The notes: generated by a model from the sequence alone, not told the origin. A stretch of DNA of 64,000 bases from Candidatus Levyibacteriota bacterium (GCA_030651475.1 JAUSEW010000029.1:21777-85776); one strand, 5' to 3'. Positions 9,323-19,847 are shown, counted from the first letter of the stretch. Made by a program: numbers and translations.

Positions 9323-9616
9323 ATGTTGAATCTAAATGTTATCATAGCGCCGGTTATAAGCGAAAAATCAACCAAAGGAATCCAGGAGGGTAAATTTACA
9401 TTTAAGGTTGCCAAGACCGCAACAAAGAGAGAAATCAAAAAAGCAATTGAGAATCAATTTAAAGTAAATGTTTTAAAAGTAAAAACCAGTATTGTTAAAG
9501 GAAGACAAAGTAGAGTTGGTGTAAGAAGAATGGAAGTATCACAAAGCAGTTTTAAAAAAGCAATAGTGTCCTTAAAAAAAGGTCAAAAAATCGACATTTT
9601 TGAAGTGGCAGGCTAA
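9323..9616 (+). CDS. rplW: 50S ribosomal protein L23
   Basis: 97 aa; position in operon and L23 pattern (VISEKST...[15 protein letters not shown]). Confidence 0.9.
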   Translation: MLNLNVIIAPVISEKSTKGIQEGKFTFKVAKTATKREIKKAIENQFKVNVLKVKTSIVKGRQSRVGVRRMEVSQSSFKKAIVSLKKGQKIDIFEVAG

Positions 9617-9620
9617 ATCT

Positions 9621-10361
9621 ATGAGTAAATTAAAATTTATCAAAAAGAAACATTCAGGTAGAGATGTAACAGGAAGTGTATCTGTTCGCCATCAGGGAGG
9701 AGAGCAGAAAAGATTCTTGCGTATTATAGATTTTAAACGGGACAATGTAGGGATTGCAGGAAAAGTAGTTTTGATAGAGTACGATCCAAATAGAAACTGC
9801 GATATAGCTTTGGTCCAATACGCTAATGGAGAGAAACGCTATATCCTAAGACCGGAAGGATTAAATGTAAAAGATATTGTTAAATCAGGTAAAGACGTTG
9901 ATATCAAAGTTGGTAATGCGCTTTCTTTGGAGTCAATACCTGTTGGGACAATTGTTCATAATGTAGAATTGATACCGGGTAAAGGCGGACAAATGGTAAG
10001 AGGAGCAGGGACAGGAGCAGCTGTACAGGTAAAAGAGGGAAAGTATATTCATCTAAAACTTCCATCAGGAGAAATAAGAAGCGTTCTTGGAAAATGTTTC
10101 GCAACGATAGGCACTTTAGGAAATATTATTTTTAAAGATAGGAATTTGGGCAAAGCAGGAGCAAGTATCCATATGGGAATAAGACCTACCGTTAGAGGAG
10201 TAGCTCAAAATCCAAGGTCTCATCCGCATGGGGGCGGAGGAGGCAGAAGCGGCATAGGTATGCCTACGCCAAAAACATACGCCGGAAGACCTGCAGTTGG
10301 TAAAACAAGAAAAAAGAAAAAATATTCAGATAAACATATAATACAAAGGAGGAAGAAATAA
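9621..10361 (+). CDS. rplB: 50S ribosomal protein L2
   Basis: L2 motifs (GRNxxGxITxRHxGGGHK-like, [11 protein letters not shown]); ATG 9621 preferred over TTG 9600. Confidence 0.93.
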   Translation: MSKLKFIKKKHSGRDVTGSVSVRHQGGEQKRFLRIIDFKRDNVGIAGKVVLIEYDPNRNCDIALVQYANGEKRYILRPEGLNVKDIVKSGKDVDIKVGNALSLESIPVGTIVHNVELIPGKGGQMVRGAGTGAAVQVKEGKYIHLKLPSGEIRSVLGKCFATIGTLGNIIFKDRNLGKAGASIHMGIRPTVRGVAQNPRSHPHGGGGGRSGIGMPTPKTYAGRPAVGKTRKKKKYSDKHIIQRRKK

Positions 10362-10362
10362 A

Positions 10363-10647
10363 ATGTCAAGATCGTCTAAAAAAGGTCCATATGTGGATCC
10401 AAAATTACTTAAGAAAGTTATTAAGCAAAAACAATCCGGAGATAGAGGAGCTATTAAAACATGGGCAAGAGCCAGTCAGATCCCACCGGAATTTGTCGGA
10501 CATACATTTGCAGTTCACAATGGACGATTATTTATTAATATTTTCGTAACAGAATCTATGGTTGGACATAGGCTTGGGGAGCTTGCTCCAACCAGAACAT
10601 TTAGAAGTCATGGAAGAGTAGTCGCGAGGGAAATCTCTAAGACTTAA
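10363..10647 (+). CDS. rpsS: 30S ribosomal protein S19
   Basis: 94 aa; [27 protein letters not shown]. Confidence 0.95.
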   Translation: MSRSSKKGPYVDPKLLKKVIKQKQSGDRGAIKTWARASQIPPEFVGHTFAVHNGRLFINIFVTESMVGHRLGELAPTRTFRSHGRVVAREISKT

Positions 10648-10661
10648 AAAGATATAAAATT

Positions 10662-11009
10662 ATGGAAATTGTAGCAAAAAGTCAATCAGTAGGAATAGCG
10701 CCCAGAAAAATTAGATTAATTGTTGATGCAATACGCAAGATGTCTTTGGAGCAGGCGCTAAACACGCTTTCTACCGTTAATAAGCGCGGAACAAGAGTTA
10801 TTTATAAAACTCTTAAAAGCGCTCTGGCAAATGCTAAAAACTTGAAAAGGCAAAATCAAGAAAACCTTTTCATAAAAAGCATAGAGGTATCCGGAGGTTC
10901 ATTTCTCAAAAGAGCTAAACCGTCAACACGCGGAAGACAGCATCCTTATAAAAAAAGAACAAGTCATATAAAAATAGTATTGGAGGAAAAAAATGGGACA
11001 AAAAGTTAA
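10662..11009 (+). CDS. rplV: 50S ribosomal protein L22
   Basis: 115 aa; operon position and L22 pattern. Confidence 0.9.
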   Translation: MEIVAKSQSVGIAPRKIRLIVDAIRKMSLEQALNTLSTVNKRGTRVIYKTLKSALANAKNLKRQNQENLFIKSIEVSGGSFLKRAKPSTRGRQHPYKKRTSHIKIVLEEKNGTKS

Positions 11010-11640
11010 TCCAAAAATTTTAAGACTGGGATCTTTATATACCTGGAGCAGTCGGTGGTTCGCAGATAAAGGATATAAAGAAACCCTTCTTGAAGATATC
11101 AATCTTAGGAAAGCTATTCTGGAAAGGCTAAAAAATGCCGGTGTATCCGAAGTTCAAATTGAAAGATCGATAAATAGCATGAAATTAATTATTTATGTGG
11201 CCAGACCGGGTATGGTTATCGGCAGAGGAGGAAGCGGTCTTGAAGAAATAAAGGAATTTGTCCATAAGACTCTTAAAATAAGTAAGGATTCCAAAACTGC
11301 GCCAAAAGTAGACATAAGAATAGAGCCGGTTAAGGAACCAAATCTGGACGCTTTCCTAATAGCGAAAAACATCGCAGAACAACTGACCAAAAGAATTCCT
11401 CATAGGCGTGTAATGACTAAGACCCTTGAAAGAATTATGGAATCCGGAGCAAAAGGAGCGAGAATTGTGCTTTCCGGAAGAGTGGGCGGAGCAGAGATAG
11501 GCAGAGTTGAAAAATTGCAGCGCGGCACTCTTCCTTTATCAACAATCAGAGCAAATATTTCATTTTCCCATGTTCCGGCTCTGACGAAAAAAGGTTATGT
11601 CGGAGTAAAAGTTTGGATTAATAGATCGGAAATCAAATAA
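10993..11640 (+). CDS. rpsC: 30S ribosomal protein S3
   Basis: 215 aa; MGQKVNPKILRLG N-terminus, KH domain. Confidence 0.95.
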   Translation: MGQKVNPKILRLGSLYTWSSRWFADKGYKETLLEDINLRKAILERLKNAGVSEVQIERSINSMKLIIYVARPGMVIGRGGSGLEEIKEFVHKTLKISKDSKTAPKVDIRIEPVKEPNLDAFLIAKNIAEQLTKRIPHRRVMTKTLERIMESGAKGARIVLSGRVGGAEIGRVEKLQRGTLPLSTIRANISFSHVPALTKKGYVGVKVWINRSEIK

Positions 11641-11656
11641 TTTTAAATTAAAAAAT

Positions 11657-12076
11657 ATGTTAGCACCAAAAAGAGCAAAATACAGAAAACAACATAGGGG
11701 AATGCTTAGAGGAGTTGCTCATAAAGGTACGGAAATTGCCTTTGGAGAATACGGGCTTATGGCGGAAGAAAGAGGTCTCGTATCAAGCAGACAATTGGAA
11801 GCAGCACGAAGAGCAATTACTCATTATACTCAAAGAGGGGGAAGAATTTGGATAAGAGTTTTTCCTCATAAGCCTATTACGAAAAAACCGCCGGAAACAC
11901 GAATGGGCGGAGGAAAAGGCGATGTTTTTGAATTCGTTGCTGCAGCTAAACCCGGTACGATATTATTTGAAATGGGTGGAGTTTCAAGAGACATAGCGGT
12001 TATGGCATTAAGACTTGCATCGCACAAAATAGGCGTAGCAACGAAATTTATAGAGAAAAAAGCATTACAAGTATAG
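11657..12076 (+). CDS. rplP: 50S ribosomal protein L16
   Basis: 139 aa; MLAPKRAKYRKQHRG. Confidence 0.95.
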   Translation: MLAPKRAKYRKQHRGMLRGVAHKGTEIAFGEYGLMAEERGLVSSRQLEAARRAITHYTQRGGRIWIRVFPHKPITKKPPETRMGGGKGDVFEFVAAAKPGTILFEMGGVSRDIAVMALRLASHKIGVATKFIEKKALQV

Positions 12077-12078
12077 AC

Positions 12079-12282
12079 ATGAAAACAAAAGATAAACAAG
12101 CATTACATACGAAAACAATAGAAGAACTTAAAAAGCTTTTGCAGGATTTAAAGAGCGCTTTGTTCTCTTTATCTCTTGACAAAACACAAAATAAGCTTAA
12201 GAATACAAGGTCAATCTATTTGAAGAGAAAAGAAATTGCGCAAATAGCAACTGTTTTAAGAGAAAAGGAGCTTAAGCTATGA
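12079..12282 (+). CDS. rpmC: 50S ribosomal protein L29
   Basis: 67 aa; position and helical L29 pattern. Confidence 0.85.
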   Translation: MKTKDKQALHTKTIEELKKLLQDLKSALFSLSLDKTQNKLKNTRSIYLKRKEIAQIATVLREKELKL

Positions 12283-12325
12283 CCCGTTCGACAAATGCTC
12301 AGGGTCATAGTGAGGAATTCGAACT

Positions 12326-12562
12326 ATGAAAAAAATATTGGAAGGAATTGTTGTTTCGTTGAAAATGTCAAAGACAGCAGTAGTTAAAATAACAATCGTA
12401 AAGGAACATCCGATGTACAAAAAGCTTGTTAAAAAGCATAGGAAAATAAAAGCAGATACGTCAGATTTAAAATTGTCTTTGGGAGATAAGGTAAGAATGG
12501 AAGAAACAAGACCTATTTCTAGAGATAAACATTTTAAGATTTTGGAGGTTATAAAAAAATGA
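12326..12562 (+). CDS. rpsQ: 30S ribosomal protein S17
   Basis: 78 aa; G.VVS.KM.KT..V..... HP.Y.K pattern. Confidence 0.9.
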   Translation: MKKILEGIVVSLKMSKTAVVKITIVKEHPMYKKLVKKHRKIKADTSDLKLSLGDKVRMEETRPISRDKHFKILEVIKK

Positions 12563-12933
12563 TTCAACAGAGAACAATTATGCGTCCGGCAGATAATTCG
12601 GGAGCCAAAGAGTTGATGGTTATTCATATTTTTGGCGGATCATCAAGGAAATTTGGATACATAGGAGATATAATAAATTGCGTTGTTAAGGAAGCTAATC
12701 CCATAGGGCAGGTAAAAGACGGACAGGTTGTGAAGGCAATTGTAGTTAGGACAAGAAAAGAATATCGGAGGCCTGACGGTTCGTATATTAGGTTTTCCGA
12801 TAATGCAGCGGTTATAATAGATAATCCGCAGGATAAAAATCCTATAGGTACAAGGGTTTTTGGTCCAATCGCTAGGGAAGTAAAAGAAAAAGGATTTGCA
12901 AAAATCGCCAGTATGGCTGTAGAGGTATTATAA
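12559..12933 (+). CDS. rplN: 50S ribosomal protein L14
   Basis: 124 aa; MIQQRT...ADNSGAK. Confidence 0.95.
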   Translation: MIQQRTIMRPADNSGAKELMVIHIFGGSSRKFGYIGDIINCVVKEANPIGQVKDGQVVKAIVVRTRKEYRRPDGSYIRFSDNAAVIIDNPQDKNPIGTRVFGPIAREVKEKGFAKIASMAVEVL

Positions 12934-12936
12934 GCT

Positions 12937-13242
12937 ATGAAACTTAGAAAAAACGATCAGGTGAAAGTCGTAGTAGGAAAAGATGCCGGCAAGACAGGAA
13001 AAGTAGAAAAGGTTTTTTATAAAAAAGGTTTGGTTTTGATAACCGGTATTAATCAATATAAAAAACATATGAAGGCTAAATCTCAAAATCAACCATCAGA
13101 AATAGTTACTCTAACTAAACCATTGGCGGTTGGAAATGTAATGTTTGTCTGCCCAAATTGCCACAAGCTGGCGCGAATAGGCTTTAAGACTGACGGTAAA
13201 GTTAAAATTAGAATTTGCAAAAAATGTCAGGAGAAAATATAA
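12937..13242 (+). CDS. rplX: 50S ribosomal protein L24 with C-terminal CxxC...CxxC zinc-ribbon-like tail
   Basis: KOW motif KNDQVKVVVGKDAGKTGKV; C-terminus FVCPNC...RICKKC. Confidence 0.88.
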   Translation: MKLRKNDQVKVVVGKDAGKTGKVEKVFYKKGLVLITGINQYKKHMKAKSQNQPSEIVTLTKPLAVGNVMFVCPNCHKLARIGFKTDGKVKIRICKKCQEKI

Positions 13243-13245
13243 ACT

Positions 13246-13797
13246 ATGAATAACTTACAGGTTCAATTTATGAAAACGGGTTTGAAGGAATTGCAAAAAG
13301 AATTGGGAATTAAAAATCCAATGGCTGTTCCGGCTTTAGCAAAAATAGCAATTAATGTAGGAGTTAAGGACGCAATTTTGGATAAAAAGAATGTTGAAAA
13401 AGCAAGTTCTATTTTCGCTCAGATTACCGGTCAAAAGCCAAAAGTGACCAAAGCAAAGAAAGCCATTTCCGGATTTAAGCTAAGAGAAGGAGTAGAAATA
13501 GGTCTTATGACAACTCTAAGGGGTAAAAAGATGTATGATTTTTTTGAGAAATTAGTGTTTATTGTTTTGCCAAGATTACGGGATTTCCATGGAGTGAGTA
13601 CGAAAAGTTTTGACAATAGAGGAAATTACAGTTTGGGTTTTGAAGAGTCTTCCGTATTTCCGGAAGTTGATACGGGAAAAGTAGAAAAAGTTCAGGGTTT
13701 CGAAATGACTATAGTTACGACAGCCAAAAGCAAAAAAGAAGGATTTTTACTACTGCAAAAATTAGGTATGCCTTTTCAAAAGGACGGTAAGATATAA
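13246..13797 (+). CDS. rplE: 50S ribosomal protein L5
   Basis: 183 aa; L5 pattern and operon position. Confidence 0.92.
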   Translation: MNNLQVQFMKTGLKELQKELGIKNPMAVPALAKIAINVGVKDAILDKKNVEKASSIFAQITGQKPKVTKAKKAISGFKLREGVEIGLMTTLRGKKMYDFFEKLVFIVLPRLRDFHGVSTKSFDNRGNYSLGFEESSVFPEVDTGKVEKVQGFEMTIVTTAKSKKEGFLLLQKLGMPFQKDGKI

Positions 13798-13816
13798 AAT
13801 CGTAGTTTAAGAATTT

Positions 13817-14002
13817 ATGGCTAAAGTATCTAGTATTTTAAAATTTAAAAAAAAGCAGAAATTTGAAGGTAGACAAAGAAACCGATGTAATCTTTGTGGA
13901 AGAGCTAGAAGCTATATGAGGCGTTTCGGATTATGCAGATTATGTTTTAGGGAATTAGCGATGAAAGGAGAATTACCAGGGGTTCTTAAATCTACTTGGT
14001 AG
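13817..14002 (+). CDS. rpsZ: 30S ribosomal protein S14 type Z (zinc-binding)
   Basis: 61 aa; CNLCGR...CRLCFRE. Confidence 0.93.
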   Translation: MAKVSSILKFKKKQKFEGRQRNRCNLCGRARSYMRRFGLCRLCFRELAMKGELPGVLKSTW

Positions 14003-14011
14003 TTTTATTTT

Positions 14012-14404
14012 ATGAATCATAAAGTCTCAGATTTTGTTATCAGAATAAAAAATGCGGTTTTAGCCAGAAGGAAAAAATTTTCCGTTCCTTCATCTAATCT
14101 TATTAAAATAATAGCTGAAACTTTAGTTAAGGCTGGTTTTTTAGACAGCGTAAAAGAAAATAATGTTGACGATAAGAAAGTTTTGGAAATAACCTTAAAA
14201 TATTACAAAAGAATACCTTCCTTAACTGATGTAAAGATTATTTCTAAGCCATCGTTAAGGATTTATGTAGCAGCCAAGTCTCTTCCGGAAGTTTACAGAA
14301 GAGGCAAATACACGCTTATACTTTCAACCAGCAATGGAGTGATGACGGGAAAAGAAGCATATAAGAAAAAGATTGGAGGAGAATTACTTTTTAAGATTTG
14401 GTAA
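14012..14404 (+). CDS. rpsH: 30S ribosomal protein S8
   Basis: 130 aa; D.I.RIKNA pattern. Confidence 0.92.
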   Translation: MNHKVSDFVIRIKNAVLARRKKFSVPSSNLIKIIAETLVKAGFLDSVKENNVDDKKVLEITLKYYKRIPSLTDVKIISKPSLRIYVAAKSLPEVYRRGKYTLILSTSNGVMTGKEAYKKKIGGELLFKIW

Positions 14405-14411
14405 ATAATAT

Positions 14412-14966
14412 ATGTCAAAACTTGCTAAAATTCCGGTTATTTTAACAGAAGGGGTATCGTTTACCTTGGATAACGGTATTGCTAAAATAAGCGGTCCTAA
14501 AGGAAATCTTTCCTTTGCTATTCCGGAAGGTATAGATGCTAAGTCTTTCGAAGGTCGGCTTTTATTTACTCTAAAAAATAAAGATGCTGAAAATAAAAAG
14601 CCGTTGCTGGGACTTACAAGAGCGACTCTTGCAAATATGGTAACCGGTGTTTCCAAAGGTTTTGAGAAGAAACTTGAACTTTCAGGAGTAGGTTATAGAG
14701 CTGCCGTTTCCGGCAACGAACTTAGTCTTTCGATAGGATTTTCGCATCCTGTAAAAGTGTTGGCTCCGCAAGGAATTGCTTTTTCGGTTGCGGAAAGCAC
14801 CATTGTTGTCTCCGGGATAGATAGGTATTTAGTAGGCAATACAGCGGCAAGAATTAGAGCTGTTCGTCCCCCAGAACCATATAAGGGAAAAGGAATTAAA
14901 TATCTCGGAGAAAAGATAAGAAGGAAAGCAGGAAAAGTAGCTAAAGCATTGGGAGCAACGAAATAA
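14412..14966 (+). CDS. rplF: 50S ribosomal protein L6
   Basis: 184 aa; two-domain L6 pattern, operon position. Confidence 0.92.
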   Translation: MSKLAKIPVILTEGVSFTLDNGIAKISGPKGNLSFAIPEGIDAKSFEGRLLFTLKNKDAENKKPLLGLTRATLANMVTGVSKGFEKKLELSGVGYRAAVSGNELSLSIGFSHPVKVLAPQGIAFSVAESTIVVSGIDRYLVGNTAARIRAVRPPEPYKGKGIKYLGEKIRRKAGKVAKALGATK

Positions 14967-14969
14967 AGT

Positions 14970-15314
14970 ATGATAAATACAGTACGAAAATATAAAAAGA
15001 AACTTAGAACCAGGTCAAAGATAAAAGGAAGTCAAAGACCAAGACTGTCTATCTTTAGATCTAACCGTTTTGCGTACGCTCAAATTATTGACGCTGAAGG
15101 AAAAAGCACAATTGTTAGCGCAACAGAAAAAGAATTGGGGAAAGTAGAAATAAAGGGAAAAGTGGAAAAAGCAAAAGCATTGGGATTGCTTTTGGCTAAA
15201 AAAGCGTTAGCGAAAAAAATTAAAGAAGTAGTTTTTGATCGGGGAAACTATGCGTATCATGGAAGAGTAAGCGCTATAGCAGCAGGCGCCAGAGAAGGAG
15301 GATTAAAATTCTAA
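14970..15314 (+). CDS. rplR: 50S ribosomal protein L18
   Basis: 114 aa; RPRLSIFRSNRF..AQIID, DRGNYAYHGRV. Confidence 0.92.
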   Translation: MINTVRKYKKKLRTRSKIKGSQRPRLSIFRSNRFAYAQIIDAEGKSTIVSATEKELGKVEIKGKVEKAKALGLLLAKKALAKKIKEVVFDRGNYAYHGRVSAIAAGAREGGLKF

Positions 15315-15811
15315 TGATGAATACGGGATTTTTACAAAAAAAACCACAAAGCGAATTTGAGGAAAAAATAATCCAAGTAAATAGGGTTTCTAAGAAAACA
15401 AAGGGAGGAAACAAAATTGGATTTTCGGTATTAATGGTGATTGGAAATAAAAAAGGAAAAGTAGGAGTAGGTTTGGGTAAAGCGTTAGACGTATCTTCGG
15501 CAATTAGAAAAGGCGTTGCTCTTGCTAAGAAGCATATGATAGATGTTCCTATTGTGAACGGAACTATTCCATTTGAGCTTTTGGTAAAATTAGGTGCGGC
15601 TAAAATTTTACTAAAACCTGCTCCTAAAGGTAGCGGAGTAATTGCCGGGGGTGCGGTAAGAAGTGTTGTTTCCGCTGCGGGAATTGAAAATATTTCATCT
15701 AAAGTTCTAGGGACGAAAAATAAAGCAAGTAACGTATACACCGCAATGGAAGCTTTGAAAAGATTGGGGCAAAGATATAGAAATATTAAGGAGGCATCCG
15801 CAAATAAATGA
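15314..15811 (+). CDS. rpsE: 30S ribosomal protein S5
   Basis: 165 aa; VNRVSKKTKGGNKIGFSVLMVIGN, GSGVIAGGAVR. Confidence 0.95.
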   Translation: MMNTGFLQKKPQSEFEEKIIQVNRVSKKTKGGNKIGFSVLMVIGNKKGKVGVGLGKALDVSSAIRKGVALAKKHMIDVPIVNGTIPFELLVKLGAAKILLKPAPKGSGVIAGGAVRSVVSAAGIENISSKVLGTKNKASNVYTAMEALKRLGQRYRNIKEASANK

Positions 15812-16248
15812 ATTTAAATAATCTTATAACGATAATAAGGAGAAAAAAAAGGCGTCTTGGTCAGGGTTATGGTTCAGGACGAGGCAAGACAGCAGGTAGA
15901 GGAACAAAAGGACAGAAAGCGCGAGGAATGGTCTCAATTTCATTTGAGGGAGGAGGAGTGTCTCTTATCAAAAGACTCCCCTTTATGCGTGGTAAGGGAA
16001 GATTCAAGCCAGTTAGCGAAAAGCCAATTATTCTAAATCTTGATGCGCTCAATAGTCTGAAAAAGAACAGTAAGGTAGATATAAAAACCTTGATAGAGAA
16101 TAAGTTGGTTGATAAAGACCGCGCAAAAGCAAACGGTGTAAAAATTTTAGGGCGCGGAAAAATAAATATTCCTTTAGATGTAAATTTACCTGTTTCTAAA
16201 TCTGCCGCTTTGAAGATTGAGAAGGCAGGCGGAAAAATACTAAAATGA
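15808..16248 (+). CDS. rplO: 50S ribosomal protein L15 (directly follows rpsE; no L30 gene)
   Basis: 146 aa; [25 protein letters not shown]. Confidence 0.93.
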   Translation: MNLNNLITIIRRKKRRLGQGYGSGRGKTAGRGTKGQKARGMVSISFEGGGVSLIKRLPFMRGKGRFKPVSEKPIILNLDALNSLKKNSKVDIKTLIENKLVDKDRAKANGVKILGRGKINIPLDVNLPVSKSAALKIEKAGGKILK

Positions 16249-17531
16249 ATAACATTTTGGGGATTTTCAAGAACAGCATTAATACTCCTGAAGTAAGGAA
16301 AAAACTTATTTTTACAGCTTTAATATTCATAGTATTTAGAATATTTGCCCACATACCTGTGTCAGGAGTAGATCTCGTTGCTCTTAAAACCCTTTTTTCT
16401 CAAAATCAATTTTTAGGACTTTTGGATGTTTTTTCAGGGGGAACGCTTGCTAATTTTTCCATTATGGCATTGGGTTTAAATCCCTATATTAATGCTTCAA
16501 TAATTTTGCAACTTTTAACCATGGTATTTCCCAAACTTGAAGAGTTATCGAAAGAAGGAGAAGCGGGTAGGCAAAAAATAAATCAATATACGAGAATGCT
16601 AACGGTGCCTTTGGCGCTTGTACAGGGTGTTGGTATGTACGCACTTTTAAAAAGTCAAAATATTATTTCATTTCTTCCGCCGATAAATTTAATTTCTTTT
16701 CTTCTTACGATGGTAGCAGGGACAATGCTTATGGTTTGGTTTGGAGAACTTATTTCGGAAAAAGGTGTTGGTAATGGAATATCACTTCTTATTTTTGCCG
16801 GAATAGTTGGAAGAATCCCGGTTATTTTTGCTCAAACAGCCGCTACGACAACAGCGACCAACATACTAAATATTATTGTTTTTCTCGTAATGGGGCTTTT
16901 AGTAATTGCTTCAATAGTCATTATAAACGAAGCAACAAGGCAGATAACTGTGTATTATGCCAAGAGAGTTAGGGGAAATAAAATGTATGGCGGTCAGTCA
17001 ACCCACCTTCCCCTTAGAGTTAATCAAGCTGGAGTAATCCCTATAATTTTCGCAGTGTCTTTAGTTCTTTTGCCCTCTTTAATTGCTAATTATTTAACGG
17101 CGTCCAGCAATCCTTCCTTAAGAAGCGTTGCGACAACGATCTCTTTGTGGTTTAATCCAGAAGGGATATTCTATAATGCTTTGTATTTTTTCTTGGTAGT
17201 AGGATTTACGTATTTTTATACGGCAGTGATTTTTAATCCAAAGAAAATTTCCGAAGAGATCCAAAAATACGGAGGTTTTATTCCAGGTATTAGGCCTGGC
17301 AGCCCTACGGCTTCGTATCTAAATTATATTCTAACAAGGATAACTTTGGCCGGAGCAATTTTCCTAGGTATTATAGCCATATTTCCTACAATCGCCAAAC
17401 TTTTTTCAAACGTTCAGACTCTTATTCTGGGAGGCACAGGGATATTGATTGTCGTATCGGTTGTCCTGGAAACAATAAAAGCGATAGAAGCGCAGCTTGT
17501 TATGAGAAATTACGAAGGATACAATAAATAG
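16245..17531 (+). CDS. secY: preprotein translocase subunit SecY
   Basis: 428 aa; 10-TM pattern and SecY signatures; spc operon position. Confidence 0.95.
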   Translation: MNNILGIFKNSINTPEVRKKLIFTALIFIVFRIFAHIPVSGVDLVALKTLFSQNQFLGLLDVFSGGTLANFSIMALGLNPYINASIILQLLTMVFPKLEELSKEGEAGRQKINQYTRMLTVPLALVQGVGMYALLKSQNIISFLPPINLISFLLTMVAGTMLMVWFGELISEKGVGNGISLLIFAGIVGRIPVIFAQTAATTTATNILNIIVFLVMGLLVIASIVIINEATRQITVYYAKRVRGNKMYGGQSTHLPLRVNQAGVIPIIFAVSLVLLPSLIANYLTASSNPSLRSVATTISLWFNPEGIFYNALYFFLVVGFTYFYTAVIFNPKKISEEIQKYGGFIPGIRPGSPTASYLNYILTRITLAGAIFLGIIAIFPTIAKLFSNVQTLILGGTGILIVVSVVLETIKAIEAQLVMRNYEGYNK

Positions 17532-17548
17532 TGAGCGGAGTCGAATCT

Positions 17549-18085
17549 ATGAAGATAATTTTAATAGGAATTCAGGGAGCAGGAAAATCAACTCAGGGGA
17601 ATTTACTTTCGGAAAAATTAAAAATTCCTTATCTCTCAACAGGGCATATTTTTAGATTTCTGGCAAAAGAGAAAACTAAACTTGGCCGCTATATAAAAGA
17701 GATAATGAATGCCGGATATCTTATTCCGGATAAAAAAACAGTTTCTATTGTCAGCAATTATCTTAAACGTCCGGAATATGCTAATGGCTATATCTTGGAT
17801 GGTTTTCCGAGAACCCTTGATCAGGTAAAAGAATTTAAAAACGGAGTTGATAAAGTAGTTTATTTAAAAGTTTCAGATAAAGAGGCTCTCTGGAGACTTT
17901 CCTATAGAAATGGAGACAACAGAGAAGACGAGACCCTAGCTGCTCTTAGGAAAAGAATTGAGCTTTTTCATAAGCTCACAGAACCTGTTTTGGATTATTA
18001 TAAGAACAAAGGGAATTTAGTTGAGGTAGACGGAGAAAAAGCAGTTGAGGAAGTGCATAAAGAAATTTTGGAAAAGATAAAATAA
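17549..18085 (+). CDS. adk: adenylate kinase (short type, no zinc lid)
   Basis: P-loop GIQGAGKSTQ, GFPRTLDQ motif; ATG 17549 preferred over GTG 17531. Confidence 0.85.
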   Translation: MKIILIGIQGAGKSTQGNLLSEKLKIPYLSTGHIFRFLAKEKTKLGRYIKEIMNAGYLIPDKKTVSIVSNYLKRPEYANGYILDGFPRTLDQVKEFKNGVDKVVYLKVSDKEALWRLSYRNGDNREDETLAALRKRIELFHKLTEPVLDYYKNKGNLVEVDGEKAVEEVHKEILEKIK

Positions 18086-18107
18086 TATATCCTCTTAATT
18101 TTAAAAA

Positions 18108-18662
18108 ATGATCATTGTTTTTATCGGGCCACCATATGCCGGCAAAGATACTCAAGGAAGACTTTTAAGTCAGGAGTTTGGAAATATGCCCATTTTTAGT
18201 ATGGGTCATTTAATTCGTGAAGCACGAGAGTCTGGCAACGAAACGTTTATAAAAGCTTACGATGCATATGCTTTGAAAGGATTCCATCTTCCAACAGCGA
18301 TAAAATTTCCTTTACTTAAGGAAAAAATGGATCAAGCAAGAGACGGATTTATATTGGATAATTTTCCGGCAACAAAAGATGATCTTGTGATGCTTAATAA
18401 CTATTTATTGCAGGCAAATAAAAAAATTAATAAAGTAATATATATAGATATATCAGAGGAAGAGATGAGAAAGCGTTTTAAAAACGCATTCCGTGGCAGA
18501 AAAGACGATGATCCAGATATCGTAGCCACAAGGAGGGAAATTCAAAATCAGGATAGAGTTCCTGTCCTTGAATTTTATAAAAGTCAAAATCTTCTCTCGG
18601 AAATAAATGGCGAAGAAGATATAGATAAAATTCATAAAGAAATTTTGGAAAAGTTACAATAA
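18108..18662 (+). CDS. adenylate-kinase-like paralog with degenerate P-loop (GPPYAGKDTQ)
   Basis: 184 aa; same length and shared C-terminus HKEILEK with adk; DNFPATKDD in place of GFPRT. Confidence 0.65.
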   Translation: MIIVFIGPPYAGKDTQGRLLSQEFGNMPIFSMGHLIREARESGNETFIKAYDAYALKGFHLPTAIKFPLLKEKMDQARDGFILDNFPATKDDLVMLNNYLLQANKKINKVIYIDISEEEMRKRFKNAFRGRKDDDPDIVATRREIQNQDRVPVLEFYKSQNLLSEINGEEDIDKIHKEILEKLQ

Positions 18663-18674
18663 AGAACAATTAAT

Positions 18675-19478
18675 ATGATTAATATTAAAACGAATGAAGA
18701 GATTGAAATAATGCAACTGGGGGGGGAAATTTTAGCTGATGTTTTGTTTAAGGTTTTAGAGCATGCGAAAGTTGGGGTTTCGGAACTTGAATTAGATAAA
18801 TTGGCAGAAGAGTTGATTCTGAAAGCAGGAGGAGAACCTGGATTTAAAAAAGTTGCAAATTATAATCATACAATATGCGTATCCACGAACAATGTTGTGG
18901 TACACGGAATACCGACTAATTATAAATTTAAAAAAGGGGATGTTGTCGGAATAGACTGCGGAGTGTATTTTAAAGGATTTCATACGGATGCCGCACATAC
19001 GGTGCGAGTTAAAAGTTTCCCGCCTCAGCGGGATCCCTCAAGCGATGGGACAAAGTTTAAAGTTCAAAGTTCGGATGGGGTAGATAGGTTTTTAGAAACT
19101 GGAAAAAAAGCGTTGGAAAAAGGAATAGAGCAGGCGAAAATTGGCAATAGAGTGGGGCATATTTCTAAAGCAATACAGGATACGGTTGAAGGAAAAGGTT
19201 ACTCCATAGTTAGAAGTTTGGTTGGGCATGGGGTAGGCAGAAAACTTCATGAGGATCCTGAAGTTCCCGGATTTTTAAATGTTCCCATTCAGAGAACACC
19301 GCTTCTTAAAGAGGGAATGACTATAGCAATTGAAGTCATTTACAATATGGGCAAAAGAGATGTTGTATATGCTAATAATGATGGATGGACGATTAAAACT
19401 AAAGATGGAAGTATTTCCGGCCTTTTCGAAAGAACAGTTGCCATAACCAAAGAGAGTCCTAGGATACTAACCGTATAG
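18675..19478 (+). CDS. map: methionine aminopeptidase type I
   Basis: 267 aa; pita-bread motifs (GIDCGV, GHGVG, EPEV), operon position. Confidence 0.9.
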   Translation: MINIKTNEEIEIMQLGGEILADVLFKVLEHAKVGVSELELDKLAEELILKAGGEPGFKKVANYNHTICVSTNNVVVHGIPTNYKFKKGDVVGIDCGVYFKGFHTDAAHTVRVKSFPPQRDPSSDGTKFKVQSSDGVDRFLETGKKALEKGIEQAKIGNRVGHISKAIQDTVEGKGYSIVRSLVGHGVGRKLHEDPEVPGFLNVPIQRTPLLKEGMTIAIEVIYNMGKRDVVYANNDGWTIKTKDGSISGLFERTVAITKESPRILTV

Positions 19479-19549
19479 CATTGCTCTTTCTAGGCCAATT
19501 TGATATAATTTAAGATTACAAGCCAAAAGTTTGGTTTGATAATTTTTTT

Positions 19550-19768
19550 ATGGCTCATCAGGGGTCTTTTGAAGTAGAAGGAGTAGTAAAGGAATCATTG
19601 CCCAACACTCTTTTTAGAGTAGAATTATCTAATAAGAGTATTATTCTTTGTCATTTATCAGGCAAGATGAGGGTGCATTTTATAAAGATTTTGCCCGGAG
19701 ATAAAGTTCGGATAGAAATGACACCGTATGATAAGGCAAAAGGAAGAATAGTATATCGTTATAAGTAA
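19550..19768 (+). CDS. infA: translation initiation factor IF-1
   Basis: 72 aa; S1-like IF-1 consensus (G.V.E.LPN..F.V.L.N......SGKMR...I.ILPGDKV..E.TPYD..KGRI..R). Confidence 0.95.
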   Translation: MAHQGSFEVEGVVKESLPNTLFRVELSNKSIILCHLSGKMRVHFIKILPGDKVRIEMTPYDKAKGRIVYRYK

Positions 19769-19847
19769 ACGGTTAGTTAATTAGCGTCTAGCGGTTAGTT
19801 TGAAACGAACTAAACGCTGAATGCTAGCAAACTAAACGCTATATGAT

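Noticed and set aside
19769-19847. 13-mer TAGCGTTTAGTTT shared (as reverse complement) between the infA-rpmJ spacer and the tsaD heptamer array, plus near-inverted repeat AGCGGTTAGTT / AACTAAACGCT
   Set aside because: The match is short and in low-complexity context, and could be chance. Not enough to call a repeat family without a genome-wide count.
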